A DNA stretch of 64,000 nt from Nemertoderma westbladi (taxonomy: Eukaryota; Animalia; Xenacoelomorpha): positions 1,112-65,111 of the forward strand of contig JAUCBJ010008410.1 of NCBI GenBank assembly GCA_032718475.1. The letters are read 5' to 3'. Under the pieces are notes generated by a model. The model saw only the letters and a list, made by a program, of their open reading frames with translations, was not told the DNA's origin and did no database searches. The translations under genes were made by a program, and so were the position numbers. Shown piece by piece: positions 21,645-33,778 of the stretch (its first letter is position 1; each line of letters starts with the position of its first letter).

Positions 21645-24095
21645 ATCATTATTATTATTATTATTGTTTATTTCAGGCTATACGGCCCATAGTAAAATAT
21701 ATATATATATACACGAACACAACTGATACAAGACTTATTAGTATTATAATTAAATAGCACATATTATTATCCTAACTAAATATTCTACTGTATTGGTGAC
21801 AGAAATTAAATGTAGTACTTAAAATATCGTTATTGGATTTAGATACTCTTCTCTCGAGACTACCCAGAGACGCATGATGAATGTGTACGAACATTGGTAG
21901 GTTAAGCCTACCAAATGTCAATGACATGCTCGTCGGTTCATCATTAGTCATTCTAGGGACATTAAATAATAAACGAACAGCATTGTTATATGCAACCGAT
22001 AGCTTATTAAACACTGCACCAGTATAATTACGCCGTGCCCACAATGCATTACAATACACTGGTGTTATGTAAGCTTTAAATAAGCACTTTTTAACATTAT
22101 CTGAGCATCTTCCAAATTTTCTAACGAGCATATTCGCCCTAGCGTATATCGAGCATGTCTGTGATTTAATATCAAAGTCATCATCCGTACTACAATGCAA
22201 CCAGTGTCCTAGGTACTAGAATTTTTCTAGTATGTCGATTGGTCTGTTATATAGATAGACCCTACCTACTTCCAAACCTTTGCAACGTTGAGGCACATAA
22301 TATAAACATTTAGTCTTTACTGTATTAAACAAAATTGAATTTGCATTTGCAAAAGATACTGCCTTATTAATTAGTATTTGCAGGCCAATCATTGAGTTTG
22401 ACAATAAGCACAAATCATCTGCGTACATGATATGGTTTATACGTAAACCTCCTAAACAACAACCTACACCCGTGTCAGTGAGTTGTTTACTTAAGGGGGG
22501 GGTATACCCCCCCTCAGGTAAAATTTTCAAATTGTTGTTTCCTTATTTCATCTAGTGCAGAATTTAATGAGGATTACAAATCTGAAAACCGCTTAGTGAG
22601 ACCTCTTTCGGTTCTCGAGTTATCACTGTTTTTCCATATGACGGTCTGTCCGTCAAATTGTAAGAAAGACAGAAGACCGACAGTCAGACAGATAGACTAG
22701 ATTCGACCAAAAATTAAAACTGACATCGGAAATGAAATCAGCGACCCCGAAAACCCCCGTAATGAACATTTTAGCTCGTTGGTATGCATCCTTCGTGCCA
22801 GAAATAATTAACCAACCAGAACGCAGACAGCCAATTTTGGCGGGACGGTTTAAACTTTGAAGGGCATTTTCTCGGAATGACATTTTTCATTTTCAAATTA
22901 CTACTCCTCCGTCATTTTTTAACCAATTTTCTTCGTTTATGGCTCATTCGAACGAGCTTTGGAAGCTCTTTAAAAGTTATCTTATGGAATTTTGATAAAT
23001 ATTACCATTTTTTCTAATTAGCCAATTTTAATTAAAAATATGATAATTAATTAATTAATTTAATTAATTAAAATAAAAATAGCTAATTAAAAATTCTATA
23101 AGATAACTTTTGTAGAGTCGATCACGCTGAGTCCAAAAAAGTTGGTTTCAAGAAATTTGGACCAAAATTGACGGACTAGTAGCAATTTTAGTGAAATCTT
23201 TAATTCCGCCGCCCGCCGCTAGGGGGAGGCTATAAATTTTCAAATTTTACTATAAAGGCTATTTGGCATTCCATACAGTGGTTGACCATGACAAAATAGC
23301 AATATTATCATTTAACACTAATTGACAGCCATTTTAAAAAAAGGTTCATGGGGGGGTATACCCCCCCCTTAAACTGTCAACGTATACAATAAATAATGTC
23401 GGGCTTAATAAACCACCCTGGCGGGTACCATTAGATACCGTAAACGTTGAGGATTTATTTCCATCCCAATTGACACACATTTGCTGCGTCCTATACCAAA
23501 AAGCTAACAACTGTACAATATATACCGGGAAACCTAACGCCAATAATTTCTTAAAAAGTTTAAAGTGGTTTACTCTATCGAAGGCTTTGGAAGCATCTAA
23601 CATACACACAAAAACCGGTGTGTCATTGGCAAGATAATAGTTGATTAATTCCTTCAGTGTATATACACATGTTTCTGTACCTAGTCCCGGTTTAAACCCG
23701 AACTGATTACCTCTAGTCGCAATATAATTATGACACCTACTAAGTAAAATAATTTCTAGAATTTTACTGAGCACCGTTGACAATGCGATACCTCGATAAT
23801 TGTCCTTAGACGTTACATCACCAGTACGATCCTTTAATAAAGGTATAATAATACTTAGCATTAAACTTTCAGGCATGTATCCATGTATAAGAATTGAATT
23901 TACTAAGATACGTAATTTAGTTAATAAAGAATAACACAAACCATAATATAAATGCTCACTTACTAACAAATCAGGGCCATATGATTTTCCTAAATTTAGG
24001 TTATTTATCGCGTCAAATAACTCTTCTAGAGATACTAGCTTAATATCGGAGACACACATTATATGTTTATAATAATATATACATATAATTAACAT
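21645..24095 (-). mobile_element. 5'-truncated LINE (CR1/L2-group RT), split by a MITE
   Basis: NYRGIAL, QFGFK, LDASKAFDRVNH, GTRQGGLLSP, YADD; (AAT)n tail near 21650. The frame VDSLSKQL is restored when the MITE is removed. Confidence 0.88.
22495..23368. mobile_element. Non-autonomous DNA transposon, Kolobok-type (TTAA TSD)
   Basis: TTAA at 22491-22494 and 23369-23372; perfect 19-bp TIR GGGGGGGGTATACCCCCCC. Purine termini fit Kolobok rather than piggyBac. Confidence 0.85.
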
Positions 24096-24399
24096 TAGCT
24101 AAGCAACCGACATGTGTATTATGAAGCTCAGGCAATTACAAAATCTTTTTTTAGTGTTTTCACAAATGGTGCCTTACGCAGTTTCCTATAGCAGCAATCC
24201 TACTTACTATAGCAATGGGTTTGCCATTCAATTATACAGTATTAATTATATCATGAATTTTAATTTTTTAGGCCCTTTTACATACTGTAAGGTGACTGAC
24301 AAGATTAGATGTTAAGGTTATCTCTATTACAACACTGATATTATAATATATTCATCGTCAGACAATACAATATTGAAAAAGTACCGGTATGCATATATA

Positions 24400-26460
24400 A
24401 AACCAAACACCAAGCGAACTGTAACAACAGGTAGGCCTACACGTCAACCATCAGACAAAACACACTCAGCCTATCACCAGAGTCCTTGCACACCCCCATC
24501 TAAAGAATGAGTGATAGCCTTGCAGCCTCTTATATTATCTGACCGACCATCTTCTAGTAAGACAACTTGATCAAAAGGAAGATCATTTACTATGCTAGGG
24601 TTGATAAAACGTGGGGCAAGTCTTTTCTTTATTCCAGGTTCCCTAACAAGAAAAACTTTGTCTCTTACTTTCGGCCCAATCATTGGTACTGCTAGTTTTG
24701 TTTCTGGCCAATCAGAAACCGGATGGAAATTAGAAACACCAGTAATTGCTCCCAGAGGTGATGTGCCTAGTACAGTATATCATGGACAGTTATATTGATA
24801 TTATACACTGCTTCTTGAAGATTATCAATCCATGAACCTCCCATGCATCGAAGTCTATCATTTAATGTTCTGTAAACACGTTTACATATTCATTCCATTG
24901 CCCTGCGGCTGATTGGCAGTAGTTTTCTGCTGGGTTACTGAAGTTACCCCTGTGATCTGGAAGCAATGTTTGGGGAGGGCCCCAGAGAAATGCCCAGTTT
25001 TCCACAAACGCCTTCCATGTTGCTCATCATTAGAGGAACAGCGACATGAAAACGAGTTGCATGGTGATAATGGATAAATCAGAGTTTGTAACCTGACCAT
25101 ATTGTACTGGGATCGGCCAAACCAAATCAATTGCCACAAACTCAAATGGTGAAACTTCTGGTGCAGTTGGCATGTTTGTTTGTATGCTTTTTGTGCTGCA
25201 CATGTATTGCAATTCTCCAATATTTGTCCTATACGTCCTATTAAATCTCAACACTACAATCCTGATGACAGAATATTCAAACTCGTATTTTTTGCTCCGA
25301 AGTGATCTGATGAATGATATTGAGATACTAGTTCATTAACGTCTCCTTCAGGTATAACTATTCGTCCATCATAATAGCACATCATCCAATCTATATCAGT
25401 CCAGTATAATATCACAGTTCTCCTGGTCGCTTTTTGAACTGGATCCAACCCGAAAACAACCCATTTTCAGAGATTAAATTCTCTGGAAATGGACTGAATT
25501 TCAGTTGACACTATCGCTGTAGACTCATAGTGATGATGAGTATCAATGCAAACTGTCTTAAACGGCGCCCAGTGAACATATTAAATAGTGGCAGAAAGTT
25601 TCCAGCTCTTATATATTATTAGTATAGATTGTAAATTGTAGATTATTATAAAGCAGGTTATAATGCGGAATGGCAGGCTTTTCAAACCAAATCAACAAAT
25701 TATCTCATCAACCATTTAGAGAATGGAGCAGCAAAAAAAGACAGGTTCATTTACATTTTGAATTCAAATAATTCAATTAAAATACTTTGCAATGACAGTG
25801 TTGTTGCAAACATGTACAGTCAACTTCTTATAATCTTTGGTGTATTGAAGGTCTCTACGTACATGTCCGCATCCTCTATTGTGGTTGAAGTTTGACCAGA
25901 TGCAGCGTCTATAAAATCCACATCTTTAACTAAATCCATTGGACTCCCCTCCATGGCGAACGAGTCCAAATTGGACCAATCGTCATAGGACATTGGAACA
26001 GTTTCGGCTCAAATACAGTTCAGAATGGATTCGCAGGGACGTTTTCGGGTTTCTGTCTTGTAAGACCATTGCTGCACCAGCTGCACTATCTTGAACAGAT
26101 CAGATAAACTGGATCATAGGCAAGCAATGGTTCTCTAAACATGGTCTGCTGTATTATGATCTTTTATATAAGGATTGGTTGACTCCCGGGTGTTATTAGT
26201 TGATGGGTGTACAGCAGCGAATCCCTTGTACCACGTTGGAGTCCACGTCAAGTTTCTTCAAAGTTTTTCTAGGGAATTAGCTGGGGCAGTTTCTGATTTC
26301 CACGAGGGGCCAATTGAGAGATGGGGGGGAGAGATTTTATGGAGAAGAATATTGAATTTTACTGAGTAAAATATTATTTTACTTCAATTCAATTCATTTT
26401 ATTTTACTTTCAACAATTTCCAAGATTAATTAAGGAGGAATTCTCGCACTCTCGTCACCA
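24400..26460 (-). pseudogene. Degenerate Gypsy-like LTR retroelement remnant
   Basis: Integrase fragments (GRIVIP..YHSSDHFGAKNT, C..C, PFEFVAIDLV, KKRLAPRF); PBS-like TGGTGACGAG at 26451-26460; PPT-like tract near 24493-24505. Boundaries approximate. Confidence 0.6.
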
Positions 26461-26987
26461 TGGTAATCATATTGATACAGTTCGGGTAGGGTAGGTTGAC
26501 CTCAGGTGACTAGTAAAATCAGCTGACAGAAAACTCACAGAACGTGTACTTATTAACCACCTCACACCAGCTATAAACGTACAATACGCAAACGAGTTCG
26601 ATACTGGATGGTGAATTCTACACGGCTTTCCCGTCTGAAATTTATTTTGGTGCACTATTCAACTGTCATCTTCCGTATATTTTATTTTTTGGGTGTACTA
26701 TATTTTTGTGTACTATTGCTAACCAATCAATGTATTTACTCAATTTCAAACCACACGCCTTTAACAATTAAATCTTGGTGCAATCATGGAATGCTTAATA
26801 TAGACGGAACCACATTAGTGTTATTTGCCATTGTGCATAGAGGGGTTAAGTCAGGTACAGTGTGTTCGCTGGATTATGCCACAGTCCTCTGGAAATATGA
26901 ATTAAAACACCAAGTATAGTATATACCGGTATTTAACTTCTCAATTAAGTAACTAACACAACACTATAAAATATTACTATCTCAGAC

Positions 26988-28711
26988 TCAATTTTTTTTA
27001 CGTTTTAAGGATTTGAACCTGGTCACATTAGAACTTCCGATTTCAGTTCTCACAATATCATCTTTGCTTTTTTTAGTTTCAGCGCTCAAAAACAAGTTCA
27101 CAATCTTTGATATGTACTTCCAATGATGCGATTTATGTAAAGTACATAAAAACGTGCAGTCCAGCTCATCTTTCAAAGATTCGAGGCAAAACCGCTTTAG
27201 AATTTCAGCCGAATTTCTGAGCATAGATACTGTTAGATATGGAAACACTGATGACAGAATTGCGAAGGTTTTAGCGCAAAAAGAAACAAACTCCTCATGA
27301 GCAATACATAAACCACCCTTGTTTATTTTTTCCATATACGACTGAGATCCTGGTAGATCTTGAACGAGATGAGACTGTTCACATTTATCCGGAGACAAAC
27401 TCTCAACAATCCAACCAGCAAGATATTCAATGACATCAAGACTCTCACTGGTAACATCCAAATCATTAAATACAAGTTCTTCTCTAAGACAGATTTCCTC
27501 CAACTGATGGAAGGCTGTCTCATATTCTGGTCTGGCGATGTAATCCGTAATATCCAATGCTTCTTTTAATAAACACTTAATCTGGAGGATATTTTCCGAA
27601 GTACGAGCCTGGCGCAATCCAATTAGAAACATTCCACCGGAGATCTGGCGGTAGGCCAAAAATCGCAACTCGATCTTCTCATCTCCTAGTACGGATAAGT
27701 TGAAATGTTTATAACCCCAATTATTAAAAGCAAGATCTAGAATTTTTGCGACATTAGTTGTTGTGTAAATGAAGGCCCTGATCGTGTAAGTAGTGAAGCA
27801 TTGATGTGGAACGCCCAAATCACGCCATCTACAAAAAAAATCCGCAAACTTTCCGAAGAATATAATTCGTTCATCGCCAACTGAGAATGTTCTCGAGTAT
27901 GGCGAAGAAGTTGCTGTCTTCGTATTCATAAACAACCAGAATATACGAAACAACTTTAGAAAATTAGCTGTAGCATTGCTCTTAAGATAAAACTCCATTG
28001 CTTCAATTGTTCGCCGATCATATATATTCAAAACCAGTTGAGTGTTCTGTTTGTTGTTACTGAAGTTGAGAGTTTGATAAGATAACCGAGGAGCACGACG
28101 TAAATTCATTTGTTCTTGGACTGTGTCCAATTTGTAGAGCATTTTCAGGTCATCGCAGTTTGCTTGACTTTCCCCTCTTATAATAAAGTTCATCACACTT
28201 GTCAATAAGGCTGGCTGATTGCTTTTTCATTGTTTCGAGCGTTATCAGCAACAAATATTCGAGGAATAAATCCCGCATCACGTAGCAAATTGTACAATTA
28301 ATATAGTTGAGCAAATATTTCTTCTCCAGAAAGGCTGGCGGGGCACGGAGTTTGTTTAACAACAATTGCTTCGCCATAAGTTAGTCCTCGAACCATGAAA
28401 CAAAATAAAATTTTGTCACGAGAATCAACAATCCCTCCCTGGCAAAAGGAAGCGCCACGTTTCAAATAAATTTCGTCCCCATAAATGGCAACCTGTCTGT
28501 CAATATCCATTCCCTGTATAGCATATAGTATAGTATATAGTATAGTATAGTATAGTATAGCGTTAATAAAGGCAGGCCCGGACGATGTCAGCAGGAAAAA
28601 TGGGAAACTTCTTACAATACCGATACCAAAGAAATCCAGAAATTCCCTCGGTAATTCGTTTTCATCCGAAATATGAGTGAACAATGTGACTTCGTTGATC
28701 AACCGCACCAA
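26988..28711 (-). pseudogene. P-element/THAP9-like transposase, disrupted
   Basis: DEIYLK..FCFMVRGL, VADNARNN, EKIELRFLAYRQISGG, IEYLAGWIV motifs. Stop at 28298, frame break and apparent internal deletion. TIRs not identified. Confidence 0.75.
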
Positions 28712-29414
28712 TTTAGACTTTAAATTAACTTTACTAAACCCAGAGTTGTTACGATGTAGCCAACTGAAATTATACAGCGGAATTTCGCTTCCTTGTTACT
28801 TCACTATAAAACTATCAAGTCCGACTGAAATCGAAAAAGAGAGGAAACAAGCCGTCTCATCCAGTTCAAATATATCTACAAATCCTTCCCGTCGACGAAC
28901 TCAACTATCTCGCCCAGCTAGTGAAGGTTCTGCAGACAAGAACCCAAAGGAATCACTAGCCAATCCAGACTGTCCAAATCCTTAAGTTTCTTCATCTCCG
29001 ACGCTTCACATTCGATCTCGGTCTGGTAGCGGACTTTGTTGGTTATTTCCTATAGTTAGCAATATCCAAAGCCTGTTGAGATTTTTACTTGATACACAGC
29101 AATTGATAAAGTTAAGGATGTGTCATACAGCAGCACTTGGCTGTGAACACAGAAGTGTTTATTTGATGGATGTGGGTTTGTTATGCTTTGGTTACGGATC
29201 TTGTTAAGCAAATAAAATGAAAAATGCAGGTATTTAACAAGGAAAATGAAATCTTGTAATAAACACAAATAGTGAATCATCAATGCAATTACAATATTAA
29301 ATGTTCATTCAGATAAAGCCAATATGTATGTATGTATACAACAGTTTACCATGCCATATCTGATATGACTTACACTACATGCAGATCAACATACATTGTC
29401 TTTTATTTTTTCAG

Positions 29415-29537
29415 ATAAACCACTATGTAGAGATTATCATGAATCGTGTGCTGGCTGGGAGAATATTGGTGAATGTGTAAACAACCCAGTGTGGATGACT
29501 TATAACTGCATGGTGTCATGCGATACATGTCCTGATG
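29415..29537 (+). CDS. Host gene exon encoding ShKT domain 1 (phase 1-1)
   Basis: TTTTTCAG acceptor; DKPLCRDYHESCAGWENIGECVNNPVWMTYNCMVSCDTCPD (6-Cys ShK pattern). Donor is GCTAGT, not GT. Confidence 0.8.
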
Positions 29538-29836
29538 GCTAGTATTTGTGCATAATAATATAATAAAAATAAATTTTTAGATTCAGTTAATCTCTAATAA
29601 TTATAATATGCGAATTTATGCACCGAGTCTAGCTTTGGGTCGTTTTTACTCCATTGACTAAATAGTCTGTTTTCCTTGCTGGTAGCAGCTGATATCAACG
29701 GCGCTATTTATATCTTTACAATATCATTGTTTTTTTTGTCGGTTGTTTTATACTAAATATATTAATGATGTATGATAGACCTAGGTATGAGGTAAGTCAG
29801 TTTTTCAGTTTTGTTCTTAAATAAAGTATGTTAACA

Positions 29837-30932
29837 GTGCGACGAACATGACGGGAATGCGGGGATCGCAAATATTAGAGAATGAAGGTCAGCAGCACCC
29901 GCAAGCAAAATTAAGTTAAGGTATAAATGCCTGTCTATATTATAGTCCTTCTTCAGGCAAATAAAATAAGTACAATATAACCGTTAACACGTTAGATATA
30001 ACTGAAAGTTTTAAATTTCCCTCCAATTGTAAAGGTTATGCAATGCTTGATTATATGGTAAAGTAGGTGTGAGTTGGTAAATGTAAAGTATAGTAGGTGT
30101 GAGGTACAGTAGGTGCACGCTGGTAAATATTACTACATTGAGTAGGTGCACGCTGGTAAATATTACTACATTGAAAAGAAGGTAACAATGAAATATAATT
30201 ATGCTAAAGAATGAATAACAATAATATGAATAAATCGTGGTAAGTATGTAGAGTAGGTGCACATTAATATTATGTACCGGCGGTAAATATTAATACAACA
30301 CATAAAATAGGAAACAAATAAACTAAGAGAGAAAACATAATTATGTTATGCATGAATATATTAATATTATGTAACGGTTGTAAATAAGGTGTGAGGTGCA
30401 GTAGGTGCACACTGGTAAATATTAATACATTGCAAAGGAGGTGACAATGAAATAATGAAAGAAATATAATTATGTTATGCAAGAATATTAATATTATAAC
30501 AGTGGTAAATCATAGAATATGGTGGTAATGTAAAGTAGATGTAGGGATGGTAAGTGAAGTAGGTGTGAAGGGAATGAAATATAATTATGCTAAGCGTGAA
30601 TATTAATAATGTGTATAAATCGTGGTAAGTATGTAGAGTAGGTGCAAATTAATATTATGTACCGGCAGTAAATTTAATATAGTATAGTAATATAATAATA
30701 TAGACCCCTAGATCCCTTCCTATACTGTAACTCACACCTACTTTACCATATAATCAAGCATTGCATAACCTTTACAATTGGCGGGAATTTTTTTAAAACT
30801 TTAAGTTATATCTAACGTGTTAACGGTTATATTGTACTTATTCTATTTGCCTGAAGAAGGACTATAATATAGTCAGGCATTTATACCTTAACTTAATTCT
30901 GCTTGCGGGTGCTGCTGACCTTCATTCTCTAA
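29837..30932. mobile_element. Non-coding foldback element with ~200-bp inverted repeats and a one-sided tail (Penelope-like or MITE)
   Basis: Inverted repeats ~29872-30075 / ~30729-30935; TATGTTAACA direct repeat at 29827-29836 and 30933-30942; internal AGGTGCAC repeats. Confidence 0.7.
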
Positions 30933-31332
30933 TATGTTAACATCTAATATTTTAACAGTGTTGAGTGATTATATAGTATATTATTATAGTAGAGTAGAAA
31001 TGAGCCACAGTAAGTAAAGAAACACTCGGGGTGAAAGAATTTGTTATTTTAAGTAACAAGTCGGTTTAAAATAGACCAAAGAACGTTATATGTTTTTTTG
31101 TGTTAGATCGTGCATTTTAGTACATGTGCAATTTTGAAGAAATCTGTATTTAATTAATTTAGTATTATAATATTCTATTTTTAGAATTTACTACATTTTT
31201 TGGTATGTTGGTAGTTCGTGTCATTTAAAAATACACCATAAATACTGGACCGTAAAATTGTACATTGTATGATGTTGTTTCTTCTTCTCTGAATCTGTTC
31301 GCGTAATATACTGTGTACATTGTTTATTTCAG

Positions 31333-31449
31333 GAACATGTACAGATTCCGCATCCTCATGTGTTTATTGGGAAAGTATTGGTGAATGTGTAAACAACCAA
31401 ATTTGGATGCATCAGAACTGCAAGTTATCTTGTGGAACATGTACTGCTG
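31333..31449 (+). CDS. Host gene exon encoding ShKT domain 2 (phase 1-1)
   Basis: TTTCAG acceptor; GTCTDSASSCVYWESIGECVNNQIWMHQNCKLSCGTCTA; donor GTTAGT. Confidence 0.85.
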
Positions 31450-31544
31450 GTTAGTTTCTGCACATATATGTATATTATACATATGTAATATAATCAGATA
31501 TACAATTTTAGTACACCTACAGTATATTCATACAGTTGGAAATG

Positions 31545-31640
31545 AATAATTATTTTGGAATCTAATAATTATTATTTTGGAATCTAATAATTATTATTTT
31601 GGAATCTAATAATTATTATTTTGGAATCTAATAATTATTG
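31545..31640. repeat. 22-bp tandem repeat (TTGGAATCTAATAATTATTATT) x~4
   Basis: Seen directly. Confidence 0.9.
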
Positions 31641-32150
31641 GGAAATCGTATGACAAAAACTTTTACTATGGCGGGTTAAGTGTCTAATTAAGTGCAGTCT
31701 TCGTATCTAATTGGTTTCCTTTCTTTGAAAGTCTCACCTCCGTGAATTTTTATCTCATCGGCAAAACAACAAAGGTAAATGTCAATTATGGGAATGATGG
31801 TGTTTAGTGTAGTGTATATTCCTGTTTAGGAGATCTAACCAACCCCCCCCCCCCCCCCCCCCCCCCCCAGGAATAGTTTTTAATTTGAGCCCGAGTTAGG
31901 ATGTAGGCGCCATGCATTTTTTTCATACTTACCAATTTTGGGCCCCCATAATTACTTATTTTGGGCAAGGCCAATAAAATCTAATTTACGACAACGAGTT
32001 ATTAAGTCGGGGTGCCATTACTTTGATTTTAGAACTTCTTTACTAGTGATTCTAGAATCTACCTCATTAAAAAGGTCGCCCTTGTTGATTTTAAACTCCT
32101 ATATTCTTCATCCAATTACAACATGAAATATTAATTCTACTCTATTTTAG

Positions 32151-32205
32151 ATCCATGTGGATGCATTAATCCACCCTGCGTGATGACATCAACTCTAAGT
32201 GCTGA
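32151..32205 (+). CDS. Host ADAM exon with Met-turn (phase 1-2)
   Basis: TTTTAG acceptor; DPCGCINPPCVMTSTLSA; donor GTTAGT. CxC...CVM is the reprolysin Met-turn. Confidence 0.8.
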
Positions 32206-33778
32206 GTTAGTATTCTTAAAGATTACAACGTATGCGCAATCTCTAAAGTATTAGTTCCAATCCTGCAGATGATGCGACGCTATAGAGTTTTACAAAAAGT
32301 TGATTTATTTCAAAGGGTTACCCACAGCCTGCTGACCGCACTTAACAAACTTACAAATCGAACATATTATTTTGTCTGGAAGATTCACATCGAAAAAAAT
32401 TATGATATTTGATCACTCTTATTGTCACTTTTTTTACAATTAAAAACTGATGGTAGTATCCCAAAATTTAGAATATATTACATATCCTTTATTAGGGTTA
32501 ATGAAAAGATAAACAAACAAGTAAAAACAACCTGCACCTGCACTCAACGAATATAAGATAACCAAAATATCAAATATGATAAGGCCTATCAGACTATACT
32601 ACTCGAGTTAGACAGATTAATAACGGAAATCAGAATACTGCTTGTCTACTAATAGAATAGCGCTAAAGAAAATAAAGATAGTAACAAAATGTTGGGAATT
32701 GCAGTCTAGTAAAGCAGAAGAAAATACACAGTAGGGTGCATCAAATGCCCCACTTTTTTTAAGAAATGGAATGGATACTTTTTGTCCCTAGATTTATTTT
32801 GTTCAATTTGATGATAATAATGAAATTTTGAAAGTTTTGTATAACCTGTAATTTGTCTTCGGGGTCGGGGTCCTTAGAGCACTCAAGATATGACAGTCGG
32901 CGATTGATCCAGTTATCGTTATAGATCCAAATAAGCTTATGCATGGGTGTGGAAATGTTATTCAATCATCAAAATTTATGTATGATATGCAATTTGCTTT
33001 CAAATGGTATGCTACATGATACCTTTCCAAAAATATTTACAAGATTGATTATCCCCCATTGACAATGGCAGTGTGGTGATCTAATATTTTTTTTGTTTTT
33101 AATCTAATATCAATCCTTATGACTATAAAGGCCCTTGACTGAGTACCACCCCACCAGAAATGAAATAATTCCTAAACCAATCGATGATCTGATGAATTCA
33201 AAGATACAAAATACAAGGAGATTTATTATGCTTGAGTTTGAGTATGTTTTATATTTCCCCTTATTTTTATGAAATGATATTATTATATTTATTCAATAAT
33301 ATTCCCTTTGTAATAATTGTTTTACGAAACATATTATTATATACATACTCTTACTACAGTTACTGGTAAAGTTAATTAATATGATGGGATTAATATTATG
33401 ATGAGTTACTTAGGTTTATGCAAGTTCGGTGTTTTCTTCCTATCTGCTTCATAGACCTGAAGGACATTTTGGTGTTAGAAGTTGAAGTGTATATATCGAA
33501 TATCATTATAATATAATAGGCCTACTAGCCAAACATGACTGCAGATATATAAACCTAGCGCAGTACAGCAGTACTTCTGACAGTCATTGTAGATGCTTAG
33601 TACCGGTTGCCGGTAGCACAATGATAAACTATAATGTAATACAACTAGAGTATTTAAATTTCCCGCCACACCCTTAAGATACTGATCATCGCATAATATA
33701 TTGTCATACAGTTTAAAGGTAAGTTACAGTTTCTAACACTCCCACTTGACTATAATAATTATGCGACATTGAATTTAA

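Noticed and set aside
30850-30880. Active hammerhead ribozyme
   Set aside because: CUGAAGA and stem II are present but the required GAAA core is missing.
31843-31868. Poly-C tract (and the poly-G length at 45069-45090) as functional G-quadruplex
   Set aside because: Simple homopolymers of unreliable length with no supporting context.
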